From: Amoebophrya sp. A120
Taxonomy: Eukaryota; Protista; Dinoflagellata
Assembly (NCBI GenBank): GCA_905178155.1
Contig: CAJINV010000022.1
Coordinates: 866,067-874,290, forward strand
DNA length: 8,224 nucleotides
Direction: 5' to 3'
In this document: one piece after another, positions 7,447 through 8,224 of the stretch
Numbering within the stretch: position 1 is the first letter of the stretch
Layout of the letters: each line of letters begins with the position of its first letter
Notes under the pieces: model-generated
Seen by the model: only the letters and a program-made list of their open reading frames with translations
Told to the model about the DNA's origin: nothing
Database searches by the model: none
Translations under genes and position numbers: made by a program

Positions 7447-8224
7447 AAAATGCGAAGTAGAATTGCGTCAAGTGTTTTCTTTCTCCGCACACTGGCTCAG
7501 GGGGTATCTTGTAATTGGGGCGCAAAAGCAAACCCAAAATGCGAAGTATAATCGCGTCAAGTGTTTTCTTTCTGCGCACACTTGTGTCTCAGCGGGTATC
7601 TTCTAATTGGCGCGTAAAAGCAAACCCAAAAAGCAAAGTAGAATCGCGTAAAGTGTTTCCTTTCTGCGATCACTTTCACAGTGGCTGTCTTCTACTTCTT
7701 GGGGTTTCCAAAATAGAGCCCGAATCCCAAGTAGAATCGCATCAAGTGCTTTTGCCATACAATGCAGGAAAGAGGTGTTGCTAACTCCTCTCGCTGAGTT
7801 GCATTTCAGAGTCTTGTGGCTCCGCATTCAGCAGGGGTGCTGAACTGCGGCCGTGATCCAGCGCGCCAATATTTCTTTCTGCGAGCATTTTCTCAGCGGC
7901 CGTCTTCTGCTTCTTGGGGTTTCCAAAATAGAGACCGAATGCCAAGTAGAATCGCATCAAGTGCTTTTGCCATACGATGCAGGCAAGTTGGAATTGGGGG
8001 CTGCATTTTCGGGACTTTTGGCTTTCCATTCAGCTTCAGTGGTGTTGAATCGTGGCCAGCATCCACCTTACCGCAGGCGCCCAGTGGAATTGGGGTCGCA
8101 TTTTCGAGGCCTTTGGCTTCACATGCAGCAGTGGCGCTGAATCGTGGCCAAGATCCACCATACCACCGGCGCCCAGTGGAAAGGGGGTCGCATTTTCGAG
8201 ACCTTTGACTTCGCATTCAGCAGT
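7447..8224. repeat. Degenerate ~90-bp tandem repeat array with several subtypes
   Basis: aagtagaatcgc-like core at 7455, 7544, 7636, 7729 and 7944; ~105-bp block at 7661-7767 repeated at 7876-7983; ggaattgggg-like units at 7990, 8086 and 8178. Confidence 0.85.

Noticed and set aside
7373-8216. ORFs within the terminal repeat array
   Set aside because: They overlap on both strands, unit spacings are not consistently multiples of three, and no domain is recognisable.

Overview
This looks like eukaryotic DNA, and the supplied ORF track is mostly misleading. Positions ~467-7188 (+) appear to be the 3' part of one protein-coding gene (about 543 codons in view, ending in an FkbM-like class I SAM-dependent methyltransferase domain). 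The gene is split into 13 exons by 12 non-autonomous, MITE-like inverted-repeat elements from at least six sequence families, and the right end of a 13th element lies at 437-466. The elements begin TAT and nearly all end ATA, carry 15-35 bp terminal inverted repeats (TIRs), and often sit between 5-bp direct repeats. Removing each element plus 5 nt gives one stop-free reading frame across all 12 junctions, yet no junction offers GT-AG ends. The elements therefore look like transposon-derived non-canonical introns (introners), as described in Amoebophrya; host identity and splicing are inferences. An exact 1601-bp tandem duplication around a single N (3446) is probably an assembly artefact. A 23-bp minisatellite and palindromes occupy 1-409, and a drifting ~90-bp repeat array occupies 7447-8224.
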